Part shown: positions 9,802 to 18,606 of the stretch, piece by piece
Position numbering within the stretch: position 1 is the first letter of the stretch
Layout: every line of letters starts with the position of its first letter
Translations under genes and position numbers: made by a program
Notes under the pieces: model-generated
Databases searched by the model: none
Seen by the model: only the letters and a program-made list of their open reading frames with translations
What the model was told of the DNA's origin: nothing
Assembly (NCBI GenBank): GCA_020627505.1
Contig: JAHDGS010000004.1
Coordinates: forward strand, 1-61,943
Direction of reading: 5' to 3'
Source: Myxococcota bacterium
GTDB lineage: Bacteria; Myxococcota; UBA727; JAHDBA01
DNA length: 61,943 bases

Positions 9802-12267
9802 ATGCTTAGAAATAGGATCATGGTCTTTACAGCGTTGTTAGCAATAGCCAATTGTCAAAGCCCTGAAGAAAATAGTGCAACAAACTTTGAAACAGAATTT
9901 GTGGGAGGATACGCCCCGACTCAGCCTGTTTTCGAATGTGAACAAGAGTATGTCGTCACTCCACTGCTTGAAGATAGCTATCGAAATCTTTATGACCTTG
10001 AATTCAATCTTGTTTATAAATATGTGGACAGCGTTAATTATGTAAGTTCGGATGGTACAAAGTATCAGCGCCTTGACGATAAAATGCGTGAGTCAGAAAC
10101 GGGTCAAATCGCTGATTATCTAGCCTCCTCTCCTTACAAACTGGACAGTGTTCCAGGAGCACGATTTTGGTCGAAAGAATCAGGTGATCTGGTGTTTGAA
10201 CGAGTTTATGAGGATCAAAATATTTATCTATATTATGGTGAGCAATGTGATGTGTCATCTGGCTGTTCTGTCATCCTAAATGATGATGCCGCATTTTATA
10301 GTGATAATCTTGACCTCTCGTTTCCAATCTTCAATGAAGACGTAATGAATTCAACAGTCAATATTCCTTCTGAAGCTTCTTTGCTCTCTCACTCTCTCTT
10401 AATCAAAAATGACAATGGTATTCTTGACGAATTCTTTTCTTACTCAAATGTTCTCGCAAGTATTTTGCAAAATGAAGATCCGTCACAACAACTTAATTTT
10501 AATCGCCGCATTCATGATATCTTTCTAACACCAGAAGATAATGGTAGTTGTATCGACAATACTCCTTTTACAGAGGACTGTGGTCGCACATCTGACTTCA
10601 ATGAAGGCAACCGTCAACTCTCTCAATTTCAACCTGTTGCTTTAGTAAATCGTATTGATCTTGCCAGTGAAACAACTTGTGGTGAAATGAGATATGTTGT
10701 TCAATCTAACACCAGCAACTTGCTAATTTTTGAAGCAGAAATCCCAAATCCAGGTTCATCCATTGACGACTGCCAGCCTCTGATTCAATTTTGGGCATCT
10801 CTTGCAAATGAAACATTGACCACAGAAGATAGATTAGAGTTGTTGAGAACATATTACTTTGATGGGATTAGTGATGATTTTGGCCCTGTCTTCAGATGGC
10901 AGAATTACCAAACTGGTCAGATTCGCCATAACCACCTCTCAGGCTCAGACATGGGGTTTTCATGGCAATTTACCGAATCAACGCTTTTTGAAGAGAATAA
11001 CGAAATCCATGTTCAACGTGTGCCTGTTGAAGCAAACCCACATATCGATTTGTTTAGACATGATATGATTAATGTTGAGAATGAGGACCTTCAATTTTCA
11101 TTTTTAGAAGATTTTCGAGAGGAAATTCCCGGCCTTCAAACAGATAATCCAATGCACATTGCGATGAATATGCCTGCGATATATAATGCTCCACAAAGTT
11201 CTGTATCATTTGGCGGGCCAGGTCTCGATTCATATTATGGATTGCTTAATGAACCTGACGACACCCCACGAACAACAACATTTCACCCAGATCTTTTCAC
11301 AGAACACGAAGAATTAGGAGAACTCAATCAAACACATATCTTGCGACGAGCCTCTGTTAATACATGTGCATTCTGTCATCAACCTGGTTCGCAAAGAGAC
11401 CTTGGTAACGGAATGATGTGGCCTACAACACTTGGGTTTCGCCACCTGATGAAGTCTGGGAATGTGGTTCAGGTATCTCCTGCTCTTACAGATCTATTCT
11501 TACCTGCACGGGTTCAATTTCTTCGCGAACATATTCAAACCACAGAATGCGCGGAAACATATCATGCATGTTCAGCAGAACGGTGTTCTCACTTTGGTTT
11601 ACTTGATGGAGAAGAGTGCCTGATTGCTTTCTGTGGCGAAGAACTTGCTCGTGAAGACTCCGGAATTTGCCAACAGGTTATCTGCGAAATGGATTATGAT
11701 CAATGCGGTGTTTCATCAACAGGTCGCGTATTTAATGAAGGTCCGGGACCATTAAACTACTCAGAATGGAGACAAATTCCTATTGAGCAATGGCCTCTCC
11801 ATCGTATACCTATTGATTATAAAACAATTTCTCGAGAGGAAGCTCTTCAATATTTGAGTGTTTATCACACACATCTTGAGCCGGCGATGAGCTATAAACA
11901 ACATAAGACGATTAAATATAATATTGCTCTTGCCCTAAATATCGCTGTCGGAAATTGCTGGAATCAATGTGATCCTGAAAAGACAAATCGACATAGTCTA
12001 TCTGAGTATTTAAAAAGTATGGATAAGTATCGTCCAAAAGATTCGGCCGGGCTTCCTGTCGAATATGAGCGCCCATTTGACTGGGTTGATGATGCGTCGA
12101 ATCAATTCTACTTCAACCGGCTTAGAACTTATAATTCAGGTTCTGATAGTGCATGCGGTTATGGAGGTGGCGATATAGATGATATACTCGGGCAAGGTTA
12201 TGGCGCAGCCAATACTGCCGATCAGAAAACTGAGGATAGCAACAACTTACAAAATTTTGCTCATTAG
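9802..12267 (+). CDS. large secreted hypothetical protein with one CXXCH motif and a Cys-rich segment
   Basis: GGAGG RBS and signal peptide (MVFTALLAIANC). Single CAFCH motif (..ASVNTCAFCHQPGS..). Cys-rich stretch ECAETYHACSAERCSHFGLLDGEECLIAFCGEE..CQQVICEMDYDQCG. No named domain recognised. Confidence 0.75.
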   Translation: MLRNRIMVFTALLAIANCQSPEENSATNFETEFVGGYAPTQPVFECEQEYVVTPLLEDSYRNLYDLEFNLVYKYVDSVNYVSSDGTKYQRLDDKMRESETGQIADYLASSPYKLDSVPGARFWSKESGDLVFERVYEDQNIYLYYGEQCDVSSGCSVILNDDAAFYSDNLDLSFPIFNEDVMNSTVNIPSEASLLSHSLLIKNDNGILDEFFSYSNVLASILQNEDPSQQLNFNRRIHDIFLTPEDNGSCIDNTPFTEDCGRTSDFNEGNRQLSQFQPVALVNRIDLASETTCGEMRYVVQSNTSNLLIFEAEIPNPGSSIDDCQPLIQFWASLANETLTTEDRLELLRTYYFDGISDDFGPVFRWQNYQTGQIRHNHLSGSDMGFSWQFTESTLFEENNEIHVQRVPVEANPHIDLFRHDMINVENEDLQFSFLEDFREEIPGLQTDNPMHIAMNMPAIYNAPQSSVSFGGPGLDSYYGLLNEPDDTPRTTTFHPDLFTEHEELGELNQTHILRRASVNTCAFCHQPGSQRDLGNGMMWPTTLGFRHLMKSGNVVQVSPALTDLFLPARVQFLREHIQTTECAETYHACSAERCSHFGLLDGEECLIAFCGEELAREDSGICQQVICEMDYDQCGVSSTGRVFNEGPGPLNYSEWRQIPIEQWPLHRIPIDYKTISREEALQYLSVYHTHLEPAMSYKQHKTIKYNIALALNIAVGNCWNQCDPEKTNRHSLSEYLKSMDKYRPKDSAGLPVEYERPFDWVDDASNQFYFNRLRTYNSGSDSACGYGGGDIDDILGQGYGAANTADQKTEDSNNLQNFAH

Positions 12268-12289
12268 TCTATCTCGCTCGCATAAAAAT

Positions 12290-12316
12290 CGCCTCGTTTA
12301 AGAGGCGTTTTTTTTT
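12290..12316 (+). terminator. Rho-independent terminator after the 9802..12267 gene
   Basis: CGCCTC-GTTTAA-GAGGCG hairpin followed by T9. An A-rich tract on the other side could also serve the convergent 12343..12891 gene. Confidence 0.75.
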
Positions 12317-12342
12317 GCACAAAGAATACTAAATGATTCTTT

Positions 12343-12891
12343 CTACACCTGTGTTTGTAGTGTCTGTTTCACACCTGAAGTTGCCTTCTCGACAACCTTC
12401 GACGTTAAATCAAGTTCTTGATTAAACTTATAAACAGATGCTTGAATCGCTAAGAGCTCTTGTTGGTCAAACTTTTGACCACTGAGACTTAATTTGATGA
12501 CATCATCTAATTTATTTTGGCCTTCAACAACGCCAGATAAGATGCTTTTGAAGCCACGCATATAAGGGTCTTTGTTGGCACCTTCAGGATCTCCCATAGA
12601 TACGTTCCCTCCTTCTGTCTTAGAAGTACTGTTCACCTTTTGTTGGCTCTCAACTCGATTCGTTTTCAGCGCAGAAGCAAGTGAAGTCTGGAGGTCAGTA
12701 TTACTTTTTTGAACTGATTCGACTTGTCCTGCTTGGGCGACCTGAGAAGGATCTTGCGCTTTTTGTGCTAAGACAGCACCAAAATCCTGGCCGCCAACCT
12801 TTTCTGCAGGATTATTTTGCACCATCTGCTTTTGCAGATCTGCGATCATTTCCTTTGCTGCTGCACCTAAACCGCTGATTCCATCTGCCAT
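12343..12891 (-). CDS. hypothetical Cys-free, Gln/Ala/Lys-rich protein
   Basis: AAGGAG RBS upstream of the ATG. No signal peptide or TM segment. Low-complexity N-terminal two-thirds. Amphipathic C-terminus ..QQELLAIQASVYKFNQELDLTSKVVEKATSGVKQTLQTQV. Confidence 0.7.
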   Translation of the reverse strand: MADGISGLGAAAKEMIADLQKQMVQNNPAEKVGGQDFGAVLAQKAQDPSQVAQAGQVESVQKSNTDLQTSLASALKTNRVESQQKVNSTSKTEGGNVSMGDPEGANKDPYMRGFKSILSGVVEGQNKLDDVIKLSLSGQKFDQQELLAIQASVYKFNQELDLTSKVVEKATSGVKQTLQTQV

Positions 12892-12958
12892 AACAAACTC
12901 CTTACAATCATATTATCGTAGAAGGACACAAAAAGTTGTGTCAAAGATCGATCTTTTT

Positions 12959-13549
12959 TTAGATCAAATCTGCTTCGCTCATTTCAGTTAAGAATTGATG
13001 CAAAACGAAAGCCGTAAATCCCCATAGCCGATATTTTAATCCTTTAAATTCAGTAAGTTGCCCATATTTTTCATTCTGAGAGCTCAATTGATTTTCGGGA
13101 TTCAAAAGATGCGACAATGCCACAAAAAACACATCTGCCACCTCAGTTGGATCGATTTCGTACTTGATGTCTTCTGCAGACGCAACTTCACCCAAAAATC
13201 CCACAAACGTCGATACACGAAGTCCTCTGGGTGAAATATATGTGTGATACTCCCCTAAGATACTGATATCTGATAAGCCGACTTCTTCATGCATTTCTCG
13301 GCGTGCTGTCTCGGCCAATGAATCGTCTTCAACTTCAGCTTTTCCACCTGGGAAACTGACTTGTCCAGCATGCTGGTGTAAGTGAGCAGCCCGTTTTGTC
13401 AACATCACATGCAATCTGTCTTCGATGTATACGATTGGAATCAGCACGGCTGCTTCAGCAACATGTCTGTGAACGTCTTTACTGTAGCGCTTTTTAATGA
13501 GCTGACTCAGTTTACTTCGAATGCGCGCGATTTGAATCTTTGTAGACAA
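12959..13549 (-). CDS. NUDIX hydrolase, CoA pyrophosphatase subfamily
   Basis: NUDIX box GGKAEVEDDSLAETARREMHEEVGL. It is preceded by the CoA-type motif MLTKRAAHLHQHAGQVSFPGG. TTG start with a GGAGGTGAG RBS. Confidence 0.85.
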   Translation of the reverse strand: MSTKIQIARIRSKLSQLIKKRYSKDVHRHVAEAAVLIPIVYIEDRLHVMLTKRAAHLHQHAGQVSFPGGKAEVEDDSLAETARREMHEEVGLSDISILGEYHTYISPRGLRVSTFVGFLGEVASAEDIKYEIDPTEVADVFFVALSHLLNPENQLSSQNEKYGQLTEFKGLKYRLWGFTAFVLHQFLTEMSEADLI

Positions 13550-13916
13550 TACTCACCTCCATCAGCTCAATTTGACCAAGGGCATTTTCTTGTATTTGGT
13601 GAATCACCACCCCGTCAGCACAGTGATTCGCTGCGAATATTTTGATCGTGTGCTCGAAAACCGATTTTGATTGTGGATCGCGACTTTGAAAGCGCATTCG
13701 AAATGTTCGTGTATCTTGACGTGGTTTCATGCCGAAAATCAATGCCTCAATATCCGTATGACCAGTGCAGGACGGTAATGTGCCAGCCTCAAGTTGAGTT
13801 CGATAAATAATGGGTTGTTGAGTTTGTTTCGTTGCGCACACTAAAATTGGGCATATTCCGGTCAATATCATCACCCAACACCCGAACCACACAAAATTGT
13901 CTTTTGCCGAAACCAT
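13512..13916 (-). CDS. hypothetical small membrane-anchored protein
   Basis: 134-aa ORF with a hydrophobic N-terminus (FVWFGCWVMILTGICPILVCA). It overlaps the NUDIX gene start by 38 nt. Weak RBS, no motif. Confidence 0.4.
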   Translation of the reverse strand: MVSAKDNFVWFGCWVMILTGICPILVCATKQTQQPIIYRTQLEAGTLPSCTGHTDIEALIFGMKPRQDTRTFRMRFQSRDPQSKSVFEHTIKIFAANHCADGVVIHQIQENALGQIELMEVSIVYKDSNRAHSK

Positions 13917-13938
13917 CTTTTCAAGGTATAGATCCCAT

Positions 13939-14277
13939 ATGTCGGATGGTCAAAGAAACGACGTGAGATATCGTCATATGTGGTGGGTCTGTTTAAGCGC
14001 ATTTATCATGATGATGATAGCCTGTGATAATCCATGTAAACAGCTTGCGCAGCGTATATGTGATTGTGAACCCACGCGAACGCAGCGGCAAACATGTGAA
14101 CAATTTCGTATTATCGACCGAGATTCAGATGCGGTTGATCCAACAGAAGCTGAAGAGGATTTTTGTATTCAAAAACTTGAAAGCTGTACATGCGCGGCCT
14201 TGGACCAGAACCGCACCGATCTTTGTGGCTTCTCAAATGGAGCGGCGCCACAACAGTTAGCAGGTTCGAATGACTGA
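13939..14277 (+). CDS. small cysteine-rich putative lipoprotein
   Basis: I chose the ATG at 13939 because the track start at 13897 overlaps the divergent 13512..13916 ORF. Signal sequence with lipobox-like MMMIAC. The mature part has repeated Cys (CDNPCKQLAQRICDCEP..CEQF..CIQKLESCTCAALDQNRTDLCG). It overlaps the pssA start by 8 nt. Confidence 0.5.
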   Translation: MSDGQRNDVRYRHMWWVCLSAFIMMMIACDNPCKQLAQRICDCEPTRTQRQTCEQFRIIDRDSDAVDPTEAEEDFCIQKLESCTCAALDQNRTDLCGFSNGAAPQQLAGSND

Positions 14278-15043
14278 ATCGAACCACGCGCTCAGTCAAG
14301 AACGTGAGGTCAAAAAGATCTTATATCTTTTACCGAATGCATTCACAGTCGCCAGCATTTGTTGTGGTTTATATGCTTTAATTATTGTCGCTCAATTCGA
14401 TGGTGATTTGAATGTCTTCTACAAAGCCGCAATGGCGATCTGTTTTTCTGCACTATTTGATATGTTTGATGGTCGTGTCGCTCGAATGACAGGGACCGAA
14501 AGTGAGTTTGGTGTGCAAATGGACTCCCTGGCTGATGCAGTGAGCTTTGGCGTCGCACCCTGCTTTCTTATCTACAATTGGGCATTACACCAAGCTGATG
14601 TGATCGGTCTCTTGGCGTCATTTTATTTCGCGATCTGCGCGATAGCCCGACTCGCACGGTTTAATGTTCTTGCAAGCCGGGGATATGCGTCCCCTTTATA
14701 CTTCGAGGGCCTACCGACACCAAGCGGCGCAGGTGCAATCGTCCTACTGGTGATTTTACACGTCCGCTCGATAGAAGCGTTACCAACCTATCACATCCCA
14801 ATACTATTTTATGTTGTGCTGATGGCAACATTAATGGTGACCCCCGTTCGGTTTCCAACTTTTAAGAAGACCAAAATCAATGAGCTTGAAAAAGGACCGC
14901 TACTACTTGGCACAGCCCTGTTTTTTGGCTTATGGATTTATGTTCGACTCAGTGCTGCTTTTTGGGGACTTCTCATGTTGTATATATCTGTCTCAATTAT
15001 ACAGGACATCCCCCGGCTCTTTAAAAAAGAAGTGGAAGAATAA
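14270..15043 (+). CDS. pssA: CDP-diacylglycerol--serine O-phosphatidyltransferase
   Basis: CDP-alcohol phosphatidyltransferase motif D-G-x2-A-R-x8-G-x3-D-x3-D, present as DMFDGRVARMTGTESEFGVQMDSLAD. Polytopic membrane protein of typical PssA size (257 aa). Confidence 0.9.
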   Translation: MTESNHALSQEREVKKILYLLPNAFTVASICCGLYALIIVAQFDGDLNVFYKAAMAICFSALFDMFDGRVARMTGTESEFGVQMDSLADAVSFGVAPCFLIYNWALHQADVIGLLASFYFAICAIARLARFNVLASRGYASPLYFEGLPTPSGAGAIVLLVILHVRSIEALPTYHIPILFYVVLMATLMVTPVRFPTFKKTKINELEKGPLLLGTALFFGLWIYVRLSAAFWGLLMLYISVSIIQDIPRLFKKEVEE

Positions 15044-15046
15044 ACC

Positions 15047-15562
15047 ATGCATCACTTTGAATGGCCGACACAAATCCCTGCACCACACTGGCAACCAGTT
15101 GATGCTTTACCAGGATTTCGTTACCAGCCAAAGTTCGTCTCAGGTCATGGACATCCATCCCTGATTCAGGTGGACTGGTTCTTCGACCCGAGCTCAAAAG
15201 CAGGCTTCGGACATGTTATATTTGGTGATTTATGCGCGGGTCCCCCAGGTACTGCACATGGTGGTGCCATGGCCGCTTTGATGGATGAAGCCATGGGGAG
15301 CGCCTGTTGGATGCTCGGTATCAAAGTTGTCGCCGCCCATATTAATATGAGCTTTAAATCAAGCCCCCTGCTTGGACAGCCGTACTTATCTTGGGCACAA
15401 GTCCGCGATCGGTCTGGGCGAAAAAACCAAGTTGTTGGGGGACTCTACGACCCACAAACCAAAAAGCCATTTGTTGAGGCTGAGAGCCTATTTATTGAAT
15501 TGCCTAATGAGCAACAAAAAGCGTTCGAACAATTTTCGCTCGCCGTCGACGCATCTCATTAG
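15047..15562 (+). CDS. PaaI/hotdog-fold thioesterase family protein
   Basis: GPPGTAHGGAMAALMDEAMG motif typical of PaaI-type thioesterases. It starts 3 nt after the pssA stop. Confidence 0.75.
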   Translation: MHHFEWPTQIPAPHWQPVDALPGFRYQPKFVSGHGHPSLIQVDWFFDPSSKAGFGHVIFGDLCAGPPGTAHGGAMAALMDEAMGSACWMLGIKVVAAHINMSFKSSPLLGQPYLSWAQVRDRSGRKNQVVGGLYDPQTKKPFVEAESLFIELPNEQQKAFEQFSLAVDASH

Positions 15563-15664
15563 ATGAGAGTGGAACCTCAATAGAGTCCGTTTATAAAGTG
15601 AGACAATCGCGATTGAAATTGTCATCACCAATGGCCCTAGGCTAATTTCCAAAAAGGGGGCTAT

Positions 15665-17086
15665 ATGACAGATATTTATCTTGTCGATACAGATCAAACT
15701 TTTCTGACCACAGCACAATCTGTTGTTGGTGGTTCGGGTGCTTCATCTAAGGTGTTTGCTTCTGGAGAAGCACTTTTAAGTGATATCTCTGAAGCACCGC
15801 CGCAGCTTGTTGTGATCTCAGCAGAACTCAGTGACACAAGTGGTTTTTCTGTATGCAACAAAATCAAAAAAAATAAGCAGCTCAAAAAAATACCTGTCAT
15901 CATCGTTTCTGCCGAATCAACAGATGCCGATTTTGAGGCACATCAAGGTTTCAAAACGAAAGCACAACGCTATTTTCACAAACCTGTTGATTTTGCGACG
16001 CTAAATGAAGCAGTCGGAGAACTTCTTCCTGAGCTCAATGCGGTGCCTCCAGAACGTGCGCCAGTCGATGCCACACAAGTCCAAGCAGTTCCTGCTTCTC
16101 TCGCCGATCTTGATTCGGGACATCTTGATATGCAAACAGGTCAGTTGTCAGACCTCGAATTACGCTCAACGCCACAAGTTCAAGCGGAAGCAACAGTCGC
16201 TGTCGCCTCTGCGCTTCATGATCCCTTACTTGCTGCACCAAATGACGTGACAGATGATGCTTCGGAACTTGGAGGACTCGATTTAAGCGATATTGATTTA
16301 TCTGCACTCAAGGAAATTGATGAAGCGGATACCCACATGTTAGCATCTCTGAGTGACGAAGCGCCAGCACTAGAACCTAAACCACCGCAGTCAGAAGCCC
16401 TTAGTTTGAATGCAACACTCAGCCAACCCGCCCCCAATCAGATGGAAAATGATATCCCTCGTCTGGCTACGGTATCTGAACCAACCGCAATGGTGAACTC
16501 GAGTGAAGGTGCCGCACTGCAGGCAGAAGCAGCCGAACTACGTGCCCAAGTCCGCTCGCTTGAAGCTCAGCTTTCATCCATGCAGAATAGCCTCGCCAGT
16601 GGTGAAGGTCAGGCAGTGGGTGACGCGGGTAAAGATCGCGAGATGCTCGCACTTCGCAAACAACTACAAGAAAAAGATAAGGAAATTTTGCGCGTCAAAG
16701 ATGCGCTTGTTGAAAAGGATGAAAAAATTATCGAGCATGTCGAACAATTGAATCTCGCCATTCAAAATGAAGCGACTTACAAATCTCAACTTGCCAGTTT
16801 TGAGGCGACGAAAACATCTTTACAGAATGACCTCACGAATGCGTTGAACATGAATGAGCAATTAAAGGCACAAGTCGTTCAACTTCAATCACAGTCAGCA
16901 TCACAACTCGAAGCATTACAAACGAAGCTCAAAGACGTTGAGGGGCGCAATACAGTGTTGACGAGTCGAGTCAAAACGATTGAAAGTCGTATATCGACGA
17001 GTCTCGATATTTTGCAAAAAAGTGATGAAGATAGACTCAATGCCGTCAAAGCGATTGGAGATGCACTGAGCTCCCTCAATGCTTAG
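15665..17086 (+). CDS. FrzS-like protein: atypical receiver domain plus long coiled coil
   Basis: N-terminal CheY-like fold (IYLVDTDQ.., IPVIIVSAES, YFHKPVDFATL). A ~170-aa acidic/Pro-rich linker follows, then a ~170-aa heptad-rich C-terminus. The beta3 end reads VVISAELSD instead of hydrophobic-x4-D. Confidence 0.7.
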   Translation: MTDIYLVDTDQTFLTTAQSVVGGSGASSKVFASGEALLSDISEAPPQLVVISAELSDTSGFSVCNKIKKNKQLKKIPVIIVSAESTDADFEAHQGFKTKAQRYFHKPVDFATLNEAVGELLPELNAVPPERAPVDATQVQAVPASLADLDSGHLDMQTGQLSDLELRSTPQVQAEATVAVASALHDPLLAAPNDVTDDASELGGLDLSDIDLSALKEIDEADTHMLASLSDEAPALEPKPPQSEALSLNATLSQPAPNQMENDIPRLATVSEPTAMVNSSEGAALQAEAAELRAQVRSLEAQLSSMQNSLASGEGQAVGDAGKDREMLALRKQLQEKDKEILRVKDALVEKDEKIIEHVEQLNLAIQNEATYKSQLASFEATKTSLQNDLTNALNMNEQLKAQVVQLQSQSASQLEALQTKLKDVEGRNTVLTSRVKTIESRISTSLDILQKSDEDRLNAVKAIGDALSSLNA

Positions 17087-18240
17087 CCTGACGCTTTCAT
17101 AAAAGCGAACGTCATCTCACCTTTGTTATAGTACAGATGTCTAAAATGGGCTTGATATCCGTGAGACGCTGTTAAAATTTCCGCACGTGTTATCATATTA
17201 TGAACATACGTGTTTGTATCATTCGGTTGGAATTTGAATGTAATCACGCCGCCTTTCAAATCAGGATGCGCAAGAATCGTTTTTTCACACAATACCAATA
17301 AGCGATCAGGTCGATCGATGATATCCGATAACAACCACGTCATGTTAGATGGCATATCACAACAAAAAGCATCTTCCTTTTTCCATTGAAATAACGGGTA
17401 TTGGTACAAGACATCATCAACTTGTCCACGGTCGATCAAGGTCACCTGTGCGCCATGTTCAAGCGCGATATATGACCATCCACCTGGCGCTCCACCGCAA
17501 TCAACAATATGATCACCAGCAGAAAACGAACAATTCAGCCAGCGCATCGCTTCGCTCAATTTTCGATAAGCTCGACTCGGGGCACGCTTCGTCAATTCAA
17601 TATTCGGTCGACCAATCGCATCATAAACCGATTGTGACGATTGCGGCGAAACGGACTGGCGTTGCCATAAAACATGTGTCACAAGTGCCGACCATGGTTC
17701 CATGAGCCAAGCACACATTGGCTGGGGATCTTCCTGTGAACCTGCCAGCCCATGTTTGTGACGCTGCCCTGCATACTTTAAGCGAACCGCTTTCTGTAGC
17801 TCTGTTCTGGCTAAGACAAGAGACTTATGGCGTGCTTTATCACGATCGAATGGCACATCATCTACTAAAAAAATGGGTGGGCAGTGTGCGGTCGATAAGA
17901 ACCGATCGTATCGAGACCAGGCTTCAAACATACGTTGAAGCACATCATCTAATGTCGTGGCCGATACAGCGCGTTCAATTCGGTGAATGGAGTGGACGAA
18001 CCGGAAAGCGGGCGAATCTGATAAATTGACTGTTCGCAGCAGAACAAGACCTGGTGCAATTTGTTTTCCAACCTGAGCACACCGCTGCAGCTCTGCCTCT
18101 GCATAACATAGTACTTTGGGATGGGTGAGAGCAAATGCCTCGTACCCGTCAAAATCCCTCGCACGGATGACACCAACATCCATCCGTCGAATATTCCTTC
18201 GACGTGCGCTTAAACGTTTCGTGTACTTCGCTCCGGCCAC
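17083..18240 (-). CDS. RlmM-like SAM-dependent rRNA 2'-O-methyltransferase
   Basis: The C-terminal domain matches my recollection of RlmM: PSRAYRKLSEA, DCGGAPGGWSY (SAM loop), SDIIDRP, ITFKFQ, HLYYNKGEMT. The GTG start is uncertain, with an alternative ATG at 18183. Confidence 0.7.
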   Translation of the reverse strand: MAGAKYTKRLSARRRNIRRMDVGVIRARDFDGYEAFALTHPKVLCYAEAELQRCAQVGKQIAPGLVLLRTVNLSDSPAFRFVHSIHRIERAVSATTLDDVLQRMFEAWSRYDRFLSTAHCPPIFLVDDVPFDRDKARHKSLVLARTELQKAVRLKYAGQRHKHGLAGSQEDPQPMCAWLMEPWSALVTHVLWQRQSVSPQSSQSVYDAIGRPNIELTKRAPSRAYRKLSEAMRWLNCSFSAGDHIVDCGGAPGGWSYIALEHGAQVTLIDRGQVDDVLYQYPLFQWKKEDAFCCDMPSNMTWLLSDIIDRPDRLLVLCEKTILAHPDLKGGVITFKFQPNDTNTYVHNMITRAEILTASHGYQAHFRHLYYNKGEMTFAFMKASG

Positions 18241-18258
18241 TCGCGCACTTGACCCTAT

Positions 18259-18606
18259 TTATAATTGTGTTTTCTTTTGGCTCACCAATACATGCTTGCC
18301 GTTTTGTTTGATGAAGATCAACTTGACTTTAATCCCTCGGTTTTGAGGAATATCCACTGTAATCGCTTCATTGATTCCCAAACTTGCCTTTTTGACACGC
18401 AAGCGATGACGGCCTGCAGCAATTGATTTTCCGCGAAACGGTGTTTGTCCTAGTTTTTTAGAACCATTATAGACGGCCTGTTGAAACATTCTTGTCGCGC
18501 GACGAAGATTTTGGAGCCGATTTGGTTGGCTGCGGTTTATCTCGTACTGGCTTAACAACACGCACTGTTTTTTGAATCGGTGGCGCTTTCTCCTCCTGCA
18601 AATCAT
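18259..18606 (-). CDS. PEGA-like beta-sandwich fragment (possibly the C-terminal part of a split gene)
   Basis: The C-terminal 70 aa (AVYNGSKKLGQTPFRGKSIAAGRHRLRVKKASLGINEAITVDIPQNRGIKVKLIF) resemble a PEGA domain (G-x-TP ... G-x-H-x-L/V). The first in-frame ATG (18489) has no RBS. The frame overlaps the upstream ORF by 140 nt. Confidence 0.4.
   Translation of the reverse strand: MICRRRKRHRFKKQCVLLSQYEINRSQPNRLQNLRRATRMFQQAVYNGSKKLGQTPFRGKSIAAGRHRLRVKKASLGINEAITVDIPQNRGIKVKLIFIKQNGKHVLVSQKKTQL

Noticed and set aside
14263-14285. GGTTCGA...TCGAACC, which at first looked like a tRNA T-arm.
   Set aside because: It is only a 7-bp inverted repeat at the junction of the 13939..14277 ORF and pssA. 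No acceptor stem, anticodon arm or D-arm can be built around it.
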